NCBI GenBank assembly: GCA_963764715.1
Contig: CAVXTP010000010.1
Coordinates: forward strand, 128,001 to 192,000
DNA: 64,000 nt
Origin: an uncultured Acidobacteriota bacterium
GTDB taxonomy: Bacteria > Acidobacteriota > Thermoanaerobaculia > UBA5066 > Gp7-AA6
Direction of reading: 5' to 3'
Shown: positions 20,155-33,159 of the stretch, in pieces
Layout: each line of letters starts with the position of its first letter
Numbering within the stretch: the first letter of the stretch is position 1
Program-made: the position numbers and the translations under genes
Notes under the pieces: generated by a model
What the model was told of the DNA's origin: nothing
What the model saw: the letters and a program-made list of their open reading frames with translations, nothing else
Database searches by the model: none

Positions 20155-21093
20155 TCAGAAGGGCAGGGGCATGGCGAACTGGACGTAGAGCCCCTGGCCG
20201 CGGGTCGTGAACTTGCCGCCGAACTCCCAGAAGTACCGGACGGTCAGCGCCCCTTGCAGCGTCGTGAACTCGGGGCCGACGCTGTTGATCTGGGACTTGT
20301 TCTCGCGCATCAGGAGCGGAGCGTCGATGCCCTTCGTCGAGGTCACCTGCCACTGGGCGTAGCCCACCGCGCCGAAATACCCGGAGAAGAGGCTGCCCTT
20401 CTCGCCGTAGTCCCGGCCGAGGCCCCACATGTACGTGAAGGGGTTGCCCGTCGTCCAGTCCTGGCCTTCTTTCTTGGAGTTGAAGTCGTAGAAGAGCGAG
20501 GCCGAGCCGTGCCACAGCCGGGCCTTGTCGAAGTAGCCCGTGATCCGGAACGACAGCTCGTTGGTCCACATGCCGAGCCCGGTGTTGTTCGGCGCTCCCG
20601 GCTCGTACCGGCCCGTCGGCGCGTAGAAGGCGTAGTGGAAGATGATGTCCGTGCCGCCGGCCGCCAGGGGCATCGGCTTGTCGCTGTGCCAGCCGAGCAT
20701 CACGGGAACGACCCAGAGCTGGGAGGCCGCGATCCCCGTGGATCCCCCGATGTCGAGGCGGGGAGACTCGAGCCGGACGTTCGCGAACGGCATCGCGACC
20801 ATCGCGCCGTAGTTGGCGCCGAAGAGACAGAACTTCGACACGTACTGGACGAGGGGCCCGAACAGCTCCTGCGTCACCTGCGGGCCGTCGATGGCGTTCT
20901 TGTCCGGCCCGACGAGCTGGTCGGCCCACGTAATGTCGCCGAACATCCCGGCGTAGAGGCCGGGCGGAGGCATCACGCCGGCCTTGTTGCCGAACTCGCC
21001 CTTGATGATCAACTGTTGCGCGGAAGCTCCGGCCGCGAGGCCGAGGGTGAGCACCGCCGCGACGAAAACGTGCCGTAGGGCCTGAAGTCTCAT
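20155..21093 (-). CDS. SphA/Phenol_MetA_deg-like outer-membrane channel
   Basis: Signal peptide, AGVMPPPGLY, YAPTGRY, NTGLGMWT, terminal Phe. Confidence 0.75.
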   Translation of the reverse strand: MRLQALRHVFVAAVLTLGLAAGASAQQLIIKGEFGNKAGVMPPPGLYAGMFGDITWADQLVGPDKNAIDGPQVTQELFGPLVQYVSKFCLFGANYGAMVAMPFANVRLESPRLDIGGSTGIAASQLWVVPVMLGWHSDKPMPLAAGGTDIIFHYAFYAPTGRYEPGAPNNTGLGMWTNELSFRITGYFDKARLWHGSASLFYDFNSKKEGQDWTTGNPFTYMWGLGRDYGEKGSLFSGYFGAVGYAQWQVTSTKGIDAPLLMRENKSQINSVGPEFTTLQGALTVRYFWEFGGKFTTRGQGLYVQFAMPLPF

Positions 21094-21120
21094 GTCTCTC
21101 CCGCGCCGTGAGGCTCAATG

Positions 21121-21149
21121 AAAAGGGCGGCCGGACTTCCCGGCCGCCC
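21121..21149 (-). terminator. Rho-independent terminator
   Basis: Minus strand GGGCGGCCGG-GAAGT-CCGGCCGCCC-TTTT after the DUF4136 gene. Confidence 0.75.
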
Positions 21150-21176
21150 AGGAAATTCGAGTGCGCTTCCCCGAGG

Positions 21177-21707
21177 CTAGCTCTTGCCCGTGCCCGGGGG
21201 GAAGTTCGCGAAGAGCTTCTGCATGGCCTCGGTGATCGTCTCCGCGCTCTCGCCGTTGGGCTTGACCTGATCCTGCGCGGTGCCGCGCCAGACCATCTCG
21301 TGGGTGCTCGGGTCGACGAGGTCGATGATCAGCGTCCCGATCGGGATGTTCTGCTGAGTCGTGGTCGCCATCCCGCCGCCCATCCCGCCCCAGCCCCGGT
21401 AACCGAAGCCGCCCATGCTCGTCGTCGTGAACTGCTTCTCCTGCGACAGAACCACGTGCGGGTAGACGAGGACGGTCGGGTTGGTCGTGGTGGGCTGCCA
21501 TCCCTTGGACGTCAGGGTCTGGGTGATGCCGTCTTCGATGCGCTTCTGGGTGAAGGACGTCGGAGCCTTGGTCCCCTCCATGATCTGGAACGTGCTGTAC
21601 TTGGACCAGTTGACCGAGTGGTCGTAGTCGACCGATGTCGTCATCGTGGAACAGGCCAGGGTCGCCGCGCCCGCGAGCACTGCCAGGACGGAAGCTGCCT
21701 TTCTCAT
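21177..21707 (-). CDS. DUF4136 lipoprotein
   Basis: TLACS lipobox, VDYDHS, GTLIIDLVD, VWRGTA, FANFPP. Confidence 0.85.
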   Translation of the reverse strand: MRKAASVLAVLAGAATLACSTMTTSVDYDHSVNWSKYSTFQIMEGTKAPTSFTQKRIEDGITQTLTSKGWQPTTTNPTVLVYPHVVLSQEKQFTTTSMGGFGYRGWGGMGGGMATTTQQNIPIGTLIIDLVDPSTHEMVWRGTAQDQVKPNGESAETITEAMQKLFANFPPGTGKS

Positions 21708-21766
21708 GATCTCTCCTCTGTGAGTCGGTTTGTTTGTCGGCGCCATCCTATTTCAAGTCGCGGCTG

Positions 21767-24301
21767 TCAGCGACGGCCGCCGCCCCGGAAGCCGCCGCCT
21801 CCGCCCCATCCGCCAGACCGGCCGCCCCATCCGCCTCCTCCGCCTCCCCAGGAGTGGTCGCCTCCGCCCCAGCTTCCGCTGCCGCCCCAGCTCTTGTTGC
21901 CCCAGTCGCTCGAGCTGAAGTTGCTCCAGTTCTTGTCGCCGGTCGAGCGGGCGTTCGACCAGTTGTCGAGGTTCTTGGATTCTTCCGCGGACGCTCCCTG
22001 CCAGGTGCTGCCGTTTCCGCCGAGGTTTTTCTGCCAGCCGTTGCCGGTGTTCGTGTAGACGTTGCCGTCGTGGTCGGCGTAGTAGTTCCCGTTGACCTTG
22101 GCGACGCCGCCCTGGTCACCGTGGATGGCACCGCCCGAATACGTGTTGCCTCCCGCGCCCGTGACCGTGCCGTGGGACGCCGTGACCTGGTTGCCCGTGT
22201 ACGCGTTGCCGACCGTCGCGCGTCCGCCGGCGGCCGAGGCGCCGGTCGTCGGGTTGTACGCGGCCCCGCGGCCGCCCGAGGCGTAGTTTCCGGTGTAGGC
22301 GTTGTAGGCCTGGCCCCGCTGGCCCCAGCCCTGAGCCCCGGTCGTCGAGTTGTAGAACGAGCCTTCCTGGCCGTGCCATGCGTTGCCCGTCCACGCGTTG
22401 TAGCCGCCGCCGCTTCGCGTCACGGCGGAGGTCGAGCCCCACTGGCTGTAGACGTTGCCCGAGGAGTAGCGCGCGTAGCCCGGTCCCCAGACTGCGCCGC
22501 CGCCGTAGCCCCAGGCGGCCGCGCCGTAGTGGCCGTACCAGCCGCCGCAGGCCGCGCCCCAGCCCCATCCGCAGTAGCCCCAGCCGTAGCCGCACATCGC
22601 CGCGCCCATCGCGAAGCCGCAGCCGACGCCGAAGGCGAAGGCCCAGCCCGTGTAGGGCGTGTACGCGAGGTTGACGCCGTAGCCGTAGGTGACGGGCGGC
22701 CCGTACCAGACGGTCCCGATCCACGGCGTGTAGTAGTAGCCGGTACCGTAGACGACGACGCCGTTGGAGACGATGACGCCGGTGTAGCCGGGCGTGTAAC
22801 CGACGTACACGACGGTCGGCGTCGAGCCGTAGACCTGGACGTACGTCAGGTTGTAGAGCGGCGAGGACGGCGGGATCGCGTAGATCGAGGACGGGAGCCA
22901 CGCCGCCACGACCCAGGGGCCGGTGACGGCCGTCGACGTGAACCAGATGCCGCTCTGGCAGGCGTAGAAGGAGTTGGGGCCGGTCATGATGATCGGCGTC
23001 GAGGCGTTCCAGACGTACTGGAGCGTGGTGTCCGGGACCGGCTTGAACTCGGGCGCGCCGTCGAAGGTGATCGGCTTGATCTGTGCGGTGCGCTGGACGG
23101 TCGCCGTCTGCGGGATCGAGTTCGCGACGACCGCCGCCTGGGCCTGCTTGGTCCCCGGGACGGAGGCTTTGACGTTCTCCATCGGGCTCTCGTCGGGGAT
23201 GTTCTTGAAATCGGGCGGCAGGCTCGCGACCGGCACGTAGGTCCACGGACCGGTGGTGTCGGGCGCGCTGAACCAGCGTCCGGCGATCAGGACGTACGTG
23301 TTCTGGTTCGCAATGTCCTTGAAGACGCGGCCGGTGGTGTTTTTGATGTAAAGAAGCTGCGTGCCCGGGATCGACTCGTAGTTCGGCTCGCCGCCGACGA
23401 CGATGAGCTCGGTCGGCTGCGTCTCCATGTAGACGACCGGCACCGGCTTGTTCTTGAGTGACGGCTTCTGCGCGCTCGGGTCCGAGGCCGAGCCGCCCGT
23501 CATCGGGTCGCCGTTCTTGGCGGCGAGGATGGCTTTCAGGGCCTTGTCGAGGTTGTCCTTCCGGCCGAAGTGGGGATCCGACACCTTCCACGGTCCGGCG
23601 ATCGAGGAGGCCTCCATCCAGCCGTCGAAGAGGTGAAGGTAGAGCTCGCCCGAGTCCGCCTTCAGCACGATCGAGCTCGTGTTGATCAGGCGCTGGAGAT
23701 CCGTGCCCGACTGCGCGCGGAAGGCTGGTGGACCGGCGACGAGGACGAGGACGGCCGGGACGTTGGAGAAGATGACGTGGGGCGGGGTGTTGTCGAGCGG
23801 CCGCGATTCGCCTTCGGCCTTCGCGGCGACGATGCCGAGGTCGGCCTCGAGACGGTCGAGGGAGATCGCCTTGGATCGCTTGGCCGGCTCGAGCTCGTGG
23901 AGGGCCGCTGTCCACGCCGCCGCGTTCTGCGGAGCCGAGGGGAAGCTCGAACGCGTGATGTTGAGCTCCTCGAGATAGACGAGCCGGTTGACCTTGTCGA
24001 CCTCGGTCCGGGCCGTGAACCAGATGACGCCGAAGGTCGGGTCCTTGCTCCCAGAGGCTTGCACCGACACGGCCGCGTGGGCGTCGAGCTGGTTGTTCTT
24101 CCAGCTGTCGAGCTGCGGTTGGTAGATGAGAAACGTGTTGGTCCCCTGTACCAGCCGCCGCGGCCACGGGTCGCTCGGGGCGGGCGCCGCGGCCGCCGCG
24201 GTTGTCGACGGCGTGGACTGCTGCGCCTGCGCCACCGGTACGGCGGCGACCCAGGCGGAGATCAGGCCGGCGATCGCGGATCGAATGAGCTGTCGGACCA
24301 T
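21767..24301 (-). CDS. 844-aa secreted protein with a Gly/Tyr/Trp-rich low-complexity C-terminus
   Basis: Signal peptide, DPWPR, IYQPQLDSW, repeated YVLIAGRWF/GPW units, WGGGG tail ending GGGRR. Confidence 0.85.
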   Translation of the reverse strand: MVRQLIRSAIAGLISAWVAAVPVAQAQQSTPSTTAAAAAPAPSDPWPRRLVQGTNTFLIYQPQLDSWKNNQLDAHAAVSVQASGSKDPTFGVIWFTARTEVDKVNRLVYLEELNITRSSFPSAPQNAAAWTAALHELEPAKRSKAISLDRLEADLGIVAAKAEGESRPLDNTPPHVIFSNVPAVLVLVAGPPAFRAQSGTDLQRLINTSSIVLKADSGELYLHLFDGWMEASSIAGPWKVSDPHFGRKDNLDKALKAILAAKNGDPMTGGSASDPSAQKPSLKNKPVPVVYMETQPTELIVVGGEPNYESIPGTQLLYIKNTTGRVFKDIANQNTYVLIAGRWFSAPDTTGPWTYVPVASLPPDFKNIPDESPMENVKASVPGTKQAQAAVVANSIPQTATVQRTAQIKPITFDGAPEFKPVPDTTLQYVWNASTPIIMTGPNSFYACQSGIWFTSTAVTGPWVVAAWLPSSIYAIPPSSPLYNLTYVQVYGSTPTVVYVGYTPGYTGVIVSNGVVVYGTGYYYTPWIGTVWYGPPVTYGYGVNLAYTPYTGWAFAFGVGCGFAMGAAMCGYGWGYCGWGWGAACGGWYGHYGAAAWGYGGGAVWGPGYARYSSGNVYSQWGSTSAVTRSGGGYNAWTGNAWHGQEGSFYNSTTGAQGWGQRGQAYNAYTGNYASGGRGAAYNPTTGASAAGGRATVGNAYTGNQVTASHGTVTGAGGNTYSGGAIHGDQGGVAKVNGNYYADHDGNVYTNTGNGWQKNLGGNGSTWQGASAEESKNLDNWSNARSTGDKNWSNFSSSDWGNKSWGGSGSWGGGDHSWGGGGGGWGGRSGGWGGGGGFRGGGRR

Positions 24302-24367
24302 GGGAACCTCCGAATAGCCGGGGAATATACACTTGCGGCCGAATTTCCGGATACGTCAGGGAGGACC

Positions 24368-25144
24368 ATGCACGTCACGTCGTTCGGCTACTTCCTCTCG
24401 GGAGGACTCTTCGTCGGGATGCTGATCCTGCTCGAGGTCGGGCGGCGCTTCGGCGCGCGTCGGCTGGCGCGCGATCCGGAAGGCGCGCGCACGGGAGTGT
24501 CCGCCGTGGAGGGCGCTCTCTTCGGCCTCCTCGGACTGCTCATCGCCTTCACGTTCTCGGGCGCGGCGGGCCGGCTCGACGCCCGTCGCAAGCTCGTCAC
24601 CGAGGAGGCCAACAACATCGGCACGGCCTGGCTGCGGCTCGAGCTGCTGCCGGCCGACGCCCAGCCCGCCCTGCGGGACCTCTTCCGGCAGTACCTCGAC
24701 TCGCGGCTCCTGACCTACAAGAAGATCCCCGACCTCCCGGCCGTCGAGGCCGAGCTCGCGCATTCGAGCCGGATCCAGGGAGAGATCTGGAAGCAGGCCG
24801 TCGCGGCCGTCCGGGCGGCTCCGCCCGGCCCGAGCGGCACGGCCCTCCTGACGTCGCTCAACGCGATGTTCGACATCATGACCACGCGGACGATGGCCGC
24901 GCGGACGCACCCGCCCGGGATCATCTACGTCATGCTCGTCGTCCTGGCGCTCGCCGCGTCGCTCTTCGCGGGCGACGCTATGGCGGGCGCGAAGAGCCGG
25001 AGCTGGATCCACGTCGTCGGCTTCGCGATGGTGCTGTCGCTGACGGTCTACGTGACCCTCGATCTCGAGTACCCGCGGGTCGGGTTCATCCGCATCGACG
25101 CGACCGACCGCGTGCTCACGGACCTGCGCGAGAGCATGAAGTGA
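24368..25144 (+). CDS. DUF4239/bestrophin-like membrane protein
   Basis: GGAGG RBS; GALFGLLGLLIAFTFSGA, EEANNIGTAWLR, LDLEYPRVGFI. Confidence 0.85.
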   Translation: MHVTSFGYFLSGGLFVGMLILLEVGRRFGARRLARDPEGARTGVSAVEGALFGLLGLLIAFTFSGAAGRLDARRKLVTEEANNIGTAWLRLELLPADAQPALRDLFRQYLDSRLLTYKKIPDLPAVEAELAHSSRIQGEIWKQAVAAVRAAPPGPSGTALLTSLNAMFDIMTTRTMAARTHPPGIIYVMLVVLALAASLFAGDAMAGAKSRSWIHVVGFAMVLSLTVYVTLDLEYPRVGFIRIDATDRVLTDLRESMK

Positions 25145-25170
25145 CTGAGCGGCATGAGAGGATGCGGGCC

Positions 25171-25707
25171 ATGAAACGCAACGCCGTCTTCGCGTCGCTC
25201 CTCGCCCTGGTTTCGCTCGCCTGCGCCTCGGCTCCCAAGATCAAGGTCGGGTGGGACCAGCACGCCGACTTCAAGAAGTACAAGACCTGGGCCTGGAAGC
25301 CGGACGGCTCGATCAAGGACCCGGTCTGGGAGAAGCGCTTCCGGGACGTCCTCTCCGACCAGCTCGAGAAGGACGGCCTGAGACGGGTCGACGTCGGCGC
25401 CGGCCCCGATCTCTGGGCGGTCGTTCACGCGCGTCTGTCGGCCGAGACCCAGGTCGTCTCGTACGATCCGGGCTGGGGCTACGGCTGGGGCGCCTGGGGA
25501 CCGAGCTACACGGAGATCTACCAGATCCCGGTGGGGACGATCCTCGTCGACCTCGTGGACGCGAAGCACAAGGAGGCGGTCTGGCAGGGCCGGGTGAACG
25601 GCTACATCGCGCAGAACAAGACGAACGAGGAGCGCGAGGAGAAGCTGATCGCGATCATCGCCGAGATGTTCGCGGGTTATCCGCCGGCGACGACCCCGGC
25701 GAACTGA
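25171..25707 (+). CDS. DUF4136 lipoprotein
   Basis: SLACA lipobox, DFKKYKTWAW, GTILVDLVDAK, VWQG, MFAGYPP. Confidence 0.85.
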   Translation: MKRNAVFASLLALVSLACASAPKIKVGWDQHADFKKYKTWAWKPDGSIKDPVWEKRFRDVLSDQLEKDGLRRVDVGAGPDLWAVVHARLSAETQVVSYDPGWGYGWGAWGPSYTEIYQIPVGTILVDLVDAKHKEAVWQGRVNGYIAQNKTNEEREEKLIAIIAEMFAGYPPATTPAN

Positions 25708-25796
25708 AGGTCTTTTCCTCCCCGGCGGGAGGAGAGGGTGGTCGCCGGGCCCGCTCGCGTCGTGAAGCGAGCCCTGAAACTGCCGCGTCCCCGTAC

Positions 25797-25894
25797 GTAG
25801 GGGCGCCCCTTGCGGGCGCCCCCTGCTGTGCCCGTTGAGAGGCGGCACGCGAATCGTCAGCGGGTCAGCGGGCGGCCACAAGGGCCGCCCCTAC
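25797..25894. repeat. Inverted pair of GTAG-family REP palindromes (REPIN-like)
   Basis: GTAGGGGCGCCCCTTGCGGGCGCCC starting at 25797 (+) and GTAGGGGCGGCCCTTGTGGCCGCCC at 25894..25870 (-), between convergent genes. Confidence 0.8.
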
Positions 25895-25929
25895 GGCCCG
25901 GGTCTTAACGACCTGTTGAAAAACGAGAG

Positions 25930-29092
<3,163 letters not shown>

Positions 29093-29149
29093 TCACGAAC
29101 TCCCTCGGCGAGCCGCGGTGGCTCGCCGAGGGAAAGGGGTTGCTTTCCG

Positions 29150-30310
29150 CTACCCGAGCCGCAACTCGGACGGGGAGGGAAGCTTTTCGGTGGTGACCTT
29201 CTTCCAGCGTTCCTCCAGCAGCTCTCTCGCCGCCTGTTCGAGGAACTCGGGCGCGGCCCACTGTTTCACGTCGAAGTCGTTCTTGATGTAGCCGTGGCCG
29301 AGCATGAAGTCCTTGCCGATCTCGATCGCGGTCAGGTTCTGCGGCGACAGGTTGGGCACGAGGTCGAGGTTCTTGATGCTCCGGTACGTGTCCTCGACGT
29401 CCAGGTAGAAGGTCTGCTTGTCGAGGATCGCCGCCGCGGCGTGCTTGTGCTCGTTGCCCCAGCGTCCCACCTTGATCATGCCCTTCATGAACGTGACGAC
29501 TAGGTCGGGGTGCTTCTCGGCCATCTCCTGGGTGCACGTGATGACGGCGGGGACGTTGGCCACCTGGAGCGTCCAGTCCGGATACCGTGCCAGGTCCTCG
29601 ATCGCCTTGAACTTGCCCGTCGCCTCCTGGAGATGCTGGAAGGGACCGGTCTGGGTATAGATCGCGTCGACGACGCCCTTCTCCAGAGCAGTCTCCAGGG
29701 GTCGGAACGCGAGGTCGCGCTTGTGGTCCCGCTTGAGCCACAGCTCGGACGGGTTCTCCATGGGATCCAGCATCTCGGGCTTGTCGTACCAGTCGTCCGG
29801 GTAGGGGAACTCCACGATCTCGACGTCCTTGCGGGACATGTCGTTCAACATGAGCATCAGCTCGATGCCCTGCTCCTCCTGGATGCGCCACCAGTCGGTC
29901 TTGATGGTGTTCAGGCTCTTGGTGAGACCGATCTTCTTGCCCTTGAGATCCTTCATCCGGAAGATCCTGTCCCTGGACCGCACCATGATGCAGCCGCCCT
30001 CGTAGACCTGCGTCGCCCCGAGCAGGCGAGTCCGGCGCATGTCGGCATGAACGTGGATGGGCGGAAACAGGCCGCCGAAGCGAATCAGGTTGTCGAGGTT
30101 GTGGATGTAGTGGGGGTACCAGTTGTTCTCGCGGCGGGAGCGGAGGAAGGCGTACTGGACTCCGATCTTCTTGAACTCCTCCTTGGTCCAGCCGAGCTCC
30201 TGGTCGATGTTGCTGGCGGACACGAGGGGACAGTTGGTGTAGTACACCTCACTCCAGTCCAGCGGGACCGTGTCAGATTTCCTCTCGAGGTCCATCGTTA
30301 CCGTCGTCAT
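29150..30310 (-). CDS. DszB-like (2'-hydroxybiphenyl-2-sulfinate desulfinase) protein, SsuA/periplasmic-binding fold
   Basis: YTNCP, H-x9-[15 protein letters not shown]; no signal peptide. Confidence 0.75.
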   Translation of the reverse strand: MTTVTMDLERKSDTVPLDWSEVYYTNCPLVSASNIDQELGWTKEEFKKIGVQYAFLRSRRENNWYPHYIHNLDNLIRFGGLFPPIHVHADMRRTRLLGATQVYEGGCIMVRSRDRIFRMKDLKGKKIGLTKSLNTIKTDWWRIQEEQGIELMLMLNDMSRKDVEIVEFPYPDDWYDKPEMLDPMENPSELWLKRDHKRDLAFRPLETALEKGVVDAIYTQTGPFQHLQEATGKFKAIEDLARYPDWTLQVANVPAVITCTQEMAEKHPDLVVTFMKGMIKVGRWGNEHKHAAAAILDKQTFYLDVEDTYRSIKNLDLVPNLSPQNLTAIEIGKDFMLGHGYIKNDFDVKQWAAPEFLEQAARELLEERWKKVTTEKLPSPSELRLG

Positions 30311-30386
30311 TTGCGGCTCCTTTCTACCGATTCATCGAGGCCGAGCCTTTGCTCGGTTCGCTGTTTCTTGCTTGTTTCGATTGCCA

Positions 30387-30458
30387 TCAAACGAAGGGTC
30401 GGGCATTGAAGACGACGCTCCCGAGCATCAGGATGTCCAGGAGCGCGATGATGAAGGC
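30387..30458 (-). pseudogene. Remnant of the 3' end of a DUF202 gene
   Basis: Encodes AFIIALLDILMLGSVVFNARPFV*, versus AFIVGCLIALLGILMLASVVYNAGPFD* at the end of 34056..34448. Confidence 0.75.
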
Positions 30459-30606
30459 ATGACGACTGTTTCACCGGGCTTCCGCTTGCTGCTGTCTCGG
30501 GACGGGAGAAATCGTCGAGTCCGGTGTCCACATCGCGAGGCTACGTCCCGGGAACCGCCAGGCCATGATTCATTGGAACCATACGGTCGCTCACTCGCGG
30601 CGGGTT

Positions 30607-32007
30607 TCACGGCGCGCTGGTCGGCTCAGCGCTGCCCGCCTCCAGAACGGCCTTCGCGACGAGGCCGCGGATCACGTCGGTGACGGGGCGCGTGAAGAAT
30701 CCGCTGTGGCCGCTGATCACGTCGTTCGACGTGCGGACGACCCAGAGCGGCGTCGGATGGTCCGCCACGCAGTCGAGCATCACGCTTCCCATCTGCTCGA
30801 CGCCCGGGCACCGCTCGGGGGGGAGCGACGCGTCTCCGCTCAGTGTCTTCGTGAGGAGACTCACGAGCTGGTCGACCGATTCCTGCGACGGCTCGGGCAT
30901 CGGCAGCCGGCACTCGCAGTTCTCGACGGTGCCCATCAGCGTGCTCCGCGGCGCCTCTTTCACTCCCTCGGCCAGGTCGGCCCGATGCGTCACGAACGGG
31001 TCGTAGTTGCCGACCGTCGTTACGAGCATCCGGTGCGACGATCGCGGCCCCGTCCTCTGGAAGAGGGTGCCGATCCACCGCCCGATCCTGAACAGGACAC
31101 GCGTCGTGGTATCGCTCTCGGAGGCGAGGATCACGAGCACCGGCCGCTGCGTCGGAACGAACTGCGGATACTGCACGATCAGCTCGTTGAGCGGAGCATA
31201 GAGCGAGGCCTCGAACGCCGGGTTCGCGAGGATGACGACGTCGCCGAAGCCCGCGATCCGCGCCGGCTCGCCGCCGAGCACGGAGCGGACCTTCGCGTCG
31301 ACGATTCGGTTCTTCAGGACGTTGGCGATGGCGGAATAGACCATCGCCCCGCCGAAGCTGTGGCCGAGGATCACGAGACGGCAGCGGCTCGGATCCCCCT
31401 CGTTCAGGTGCTTCTGGTACGCGTCCAGGAACGAGAGCACCTCGACGAGCTCGCCCTGGCCGACCGCGTGCGCGGCCCGCTTGCGCGGGTAGAAGGACAG
31501 ACCGCGAAACGGAGGAACGGTCGCCGAGAGTCCTCGCCAGCCGACGAAGATCCCGATCGTCCGCGACGGACGGATCACGCCGTTCGACCGGGCTTCCGCC
31601 TGTTTCGCGTCACTGGCGATCCTGGCGAGGAGCGATCGGAAACAGCACGCGTTGTCGTTGCAGAGCCGCGCGTCGTTCTGCCAGCCGTGGGCGAAGAGCA
31701 CGAGCGTGAGCCGCTCCCGCTCCGGCCGCGCGGCCTCGGCTTGGAGTGTCCGGATCAGGAGCTCGAGCGGCGCCCTCGAGAAGAGGTTTCCCTGGTCGTC
31801 GAATTCGAGGAATGCGAGCTCGTAGGTGTCGTGGACCTCGAGCGAGCTCGTCGCGAGCTTCTCCCGTCCCTCCTTCGTCGCGAGCTCGCCTTCCTGAACG
31901 GGCATCGCAAGCGCGCGGCCCTGTGCGTCCACGCGGTGCGGCGCATTCGCCGTGCAGGACACGGAGAGCAGCACGGCGGCGAGAAGCGCGGGCGCGGGCC
32001 TCGTCAT
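30607..32007 (-). CDS. Alpha/beta-hydrolase-fold lipoprotein
   Basis: LSVSC lipobox, FLEFDDQG, FAHGWQND, GHSFGG nucleophile elbow, NPAFEA, DVISGH. Confidence 0.8.
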   Translation of the reverse strand: MTRPAPALLAAVLLSVSCTANAPHRVDAQGRALAMPVQEGELATKEGREKLATSSLEVHDTYELAFLEFDDQGNLFSRAPLELLIRTLQAEAARPERERLTLVLFAHGWQNDARLCNDNACCFRSLLARIASDAKQAEARSNGVIRPSRTIGIFVGWRGLSATVPPFRGLSFYPRKRAAHAVGQGELVEVLSFLDAYQKHLNEGDPSRCRLVILGHSFGGAMVYSAIANVLKNRIVDAKVRSVLGGEPARIAGFGDVVILANPAFEASLYAPLNELIVQYPQFVPTQRPVLVILASESDTTTRVLFRIGRWIGTLFQRTGPRSSHRMLVTTVGNYDPFVTHRADLAEGVKEAPRSTLMGTVENCECRLPMPEPSQESVDQLVSLLTKTLSGDASLPPERCPGVEQMGSVMLDCVADHPTPLWVVRTSNDVISGHSGFFTRPVTDVIRGLVAKAVLEAGSAEPTSAP

Positions 32008-32057
32008 GCGGCTTGAGTTCCTGTCTCTTCGTGACTCAACGAACCAGCGGCGCGGGT

Positions 32058-32393
32058 CTACTTGCTTTCCAGGATCTTTCGGATCGCCTTGTAGCCGCCG
32101 CCGTTCGCCGCTTTGAAACCGTTCGCTTCGAGAATTTCCTTTGCCTTGCCTGCGCGCCCCCCGGTGCCGCAATAAGTCACGATCGTCCGATCACTCGGCA
32201 ACTCATTCAGGCGACTCTTCAATTTCAAGAACGGGATGTTGGTGGCGCCGGGAGCCATGCCCCTCTTCGCCTCGAGCGTCGATCGCACGTCAACGACGAA
32301 TGCTCCCTGGTCGATCAGTGTCGCCACGGCTTCTGGCGGCAGCTTTGTGTTCGCCAGCGCGTCGTGTTTTGCCTTCAGTTTCTTGATCAACAT
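32058..32393 (-). CDS. Single-domain rhodanese
   Basis: VVDVRS, GATNIP, YCGTGGRA active loop. Confidence 0.9.
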   Translation of the reverse strand: MLIKKLKAKHDALANTKLPPEAVATLIDQGAFVVDVRSTLEAKRGMAPGATNIPFLKLKSRLNELPSDRTIVTYCGTGGRAGKAKEILEANGFKAANGGGYKAIRKILESK

Positions 32394-32420
32394 TTGGCTC
32401 TCCCTCTTAGCAGACGGCTG

Positions 32421-33125
32421 TTACACCTGCGCGCGGTGCCGTGCGGCCCGCCTCTTGTCCGTTCCAACGAGCTTTCCCAGCTTCACCAGCAAGAGCAGGA
32501 CGAGCAGGATCGGGGCGAGAAGGGTTCCCACGACACCCTCGAAGACGGTGATCGGGCGACCCTTACCGCGAATTCGGTCGAGAAGGACGTCCACCGTGTT
32601 GCCGCTGAGATTCGTGAACGTAATGAAGAACACGTACCCGACGATCTCCCGCACCTGTGCCTGGCTGAAATGGTTGCGAAGAGTCTTCACCGATTCCGGA
32701 TCGATCTCGTTGAGATGCTCGGCATAGTGCTGGCCAAACAGAATGGCCGCCGCTTCGGCGGAATCGCTCGCCTTGAGTGAGTCGTCCTGACTGCCGAGTA
32801 TCCGGTTGACCTCTTCCAGCGGGATGCCCTGGGATGTCGCCCAGTGGGAATGACCCCACGCGCAGTATCGGCAATCGTTGATCGCGGTGACCCCGAGCAT
32901 GACCTTTTCGCGAAGCGCCTTGGATGTTTTCGGCCGAAATATCGACCGGATGATGACGGGAAGCGAAATTGCCATGTTGGCGACCGTTTTCAGGATGTTA
33001 CTCGGCGTAAACGTTCGTTTCGCCACACCTCGGAGGCCTCCGGCGCCGACAGGGTTATCAACGGCTGGCGCCGTGGCGTTCGAGCCCGTCTCCGTTTTGA
33101 CCGGACCGCCAGTTGAGTTCACCAT
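32421..33125 (-). CDS. AhpD/carboxymuconolactone decarboxylase-family protein
   Basis: REKVMLGVTAINDCRYCAWGH (CxxC), GNTVD, C-terminal hydrophobic helix. Confidence 0.85.
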   Translation of the reverse strand: MVNSTGGPVKTETGSNATAPAVDNPVGAGGLRGVAKRTFTPSNILKTVANMAISLPVIIRSIFRPKTSKALREKVMLGVTAINDCRYCAWGHSHWATSQGIPLEEVNRILGSQDDSLKASDSAEAAAILFGQHYAEHLNEIDPESVKTLRNHFSQAQVREIVGYVFFITFTNLSGNTVDVLLDRIRGKGRPITVFEGVVGTLLAPILLVLLLLVKLGKLVGTDKRRAARHRAQV

Positions 33126-33159
33126 GAGATTGCCTCCGTGGCTCGATGGCCGCCTCGCC

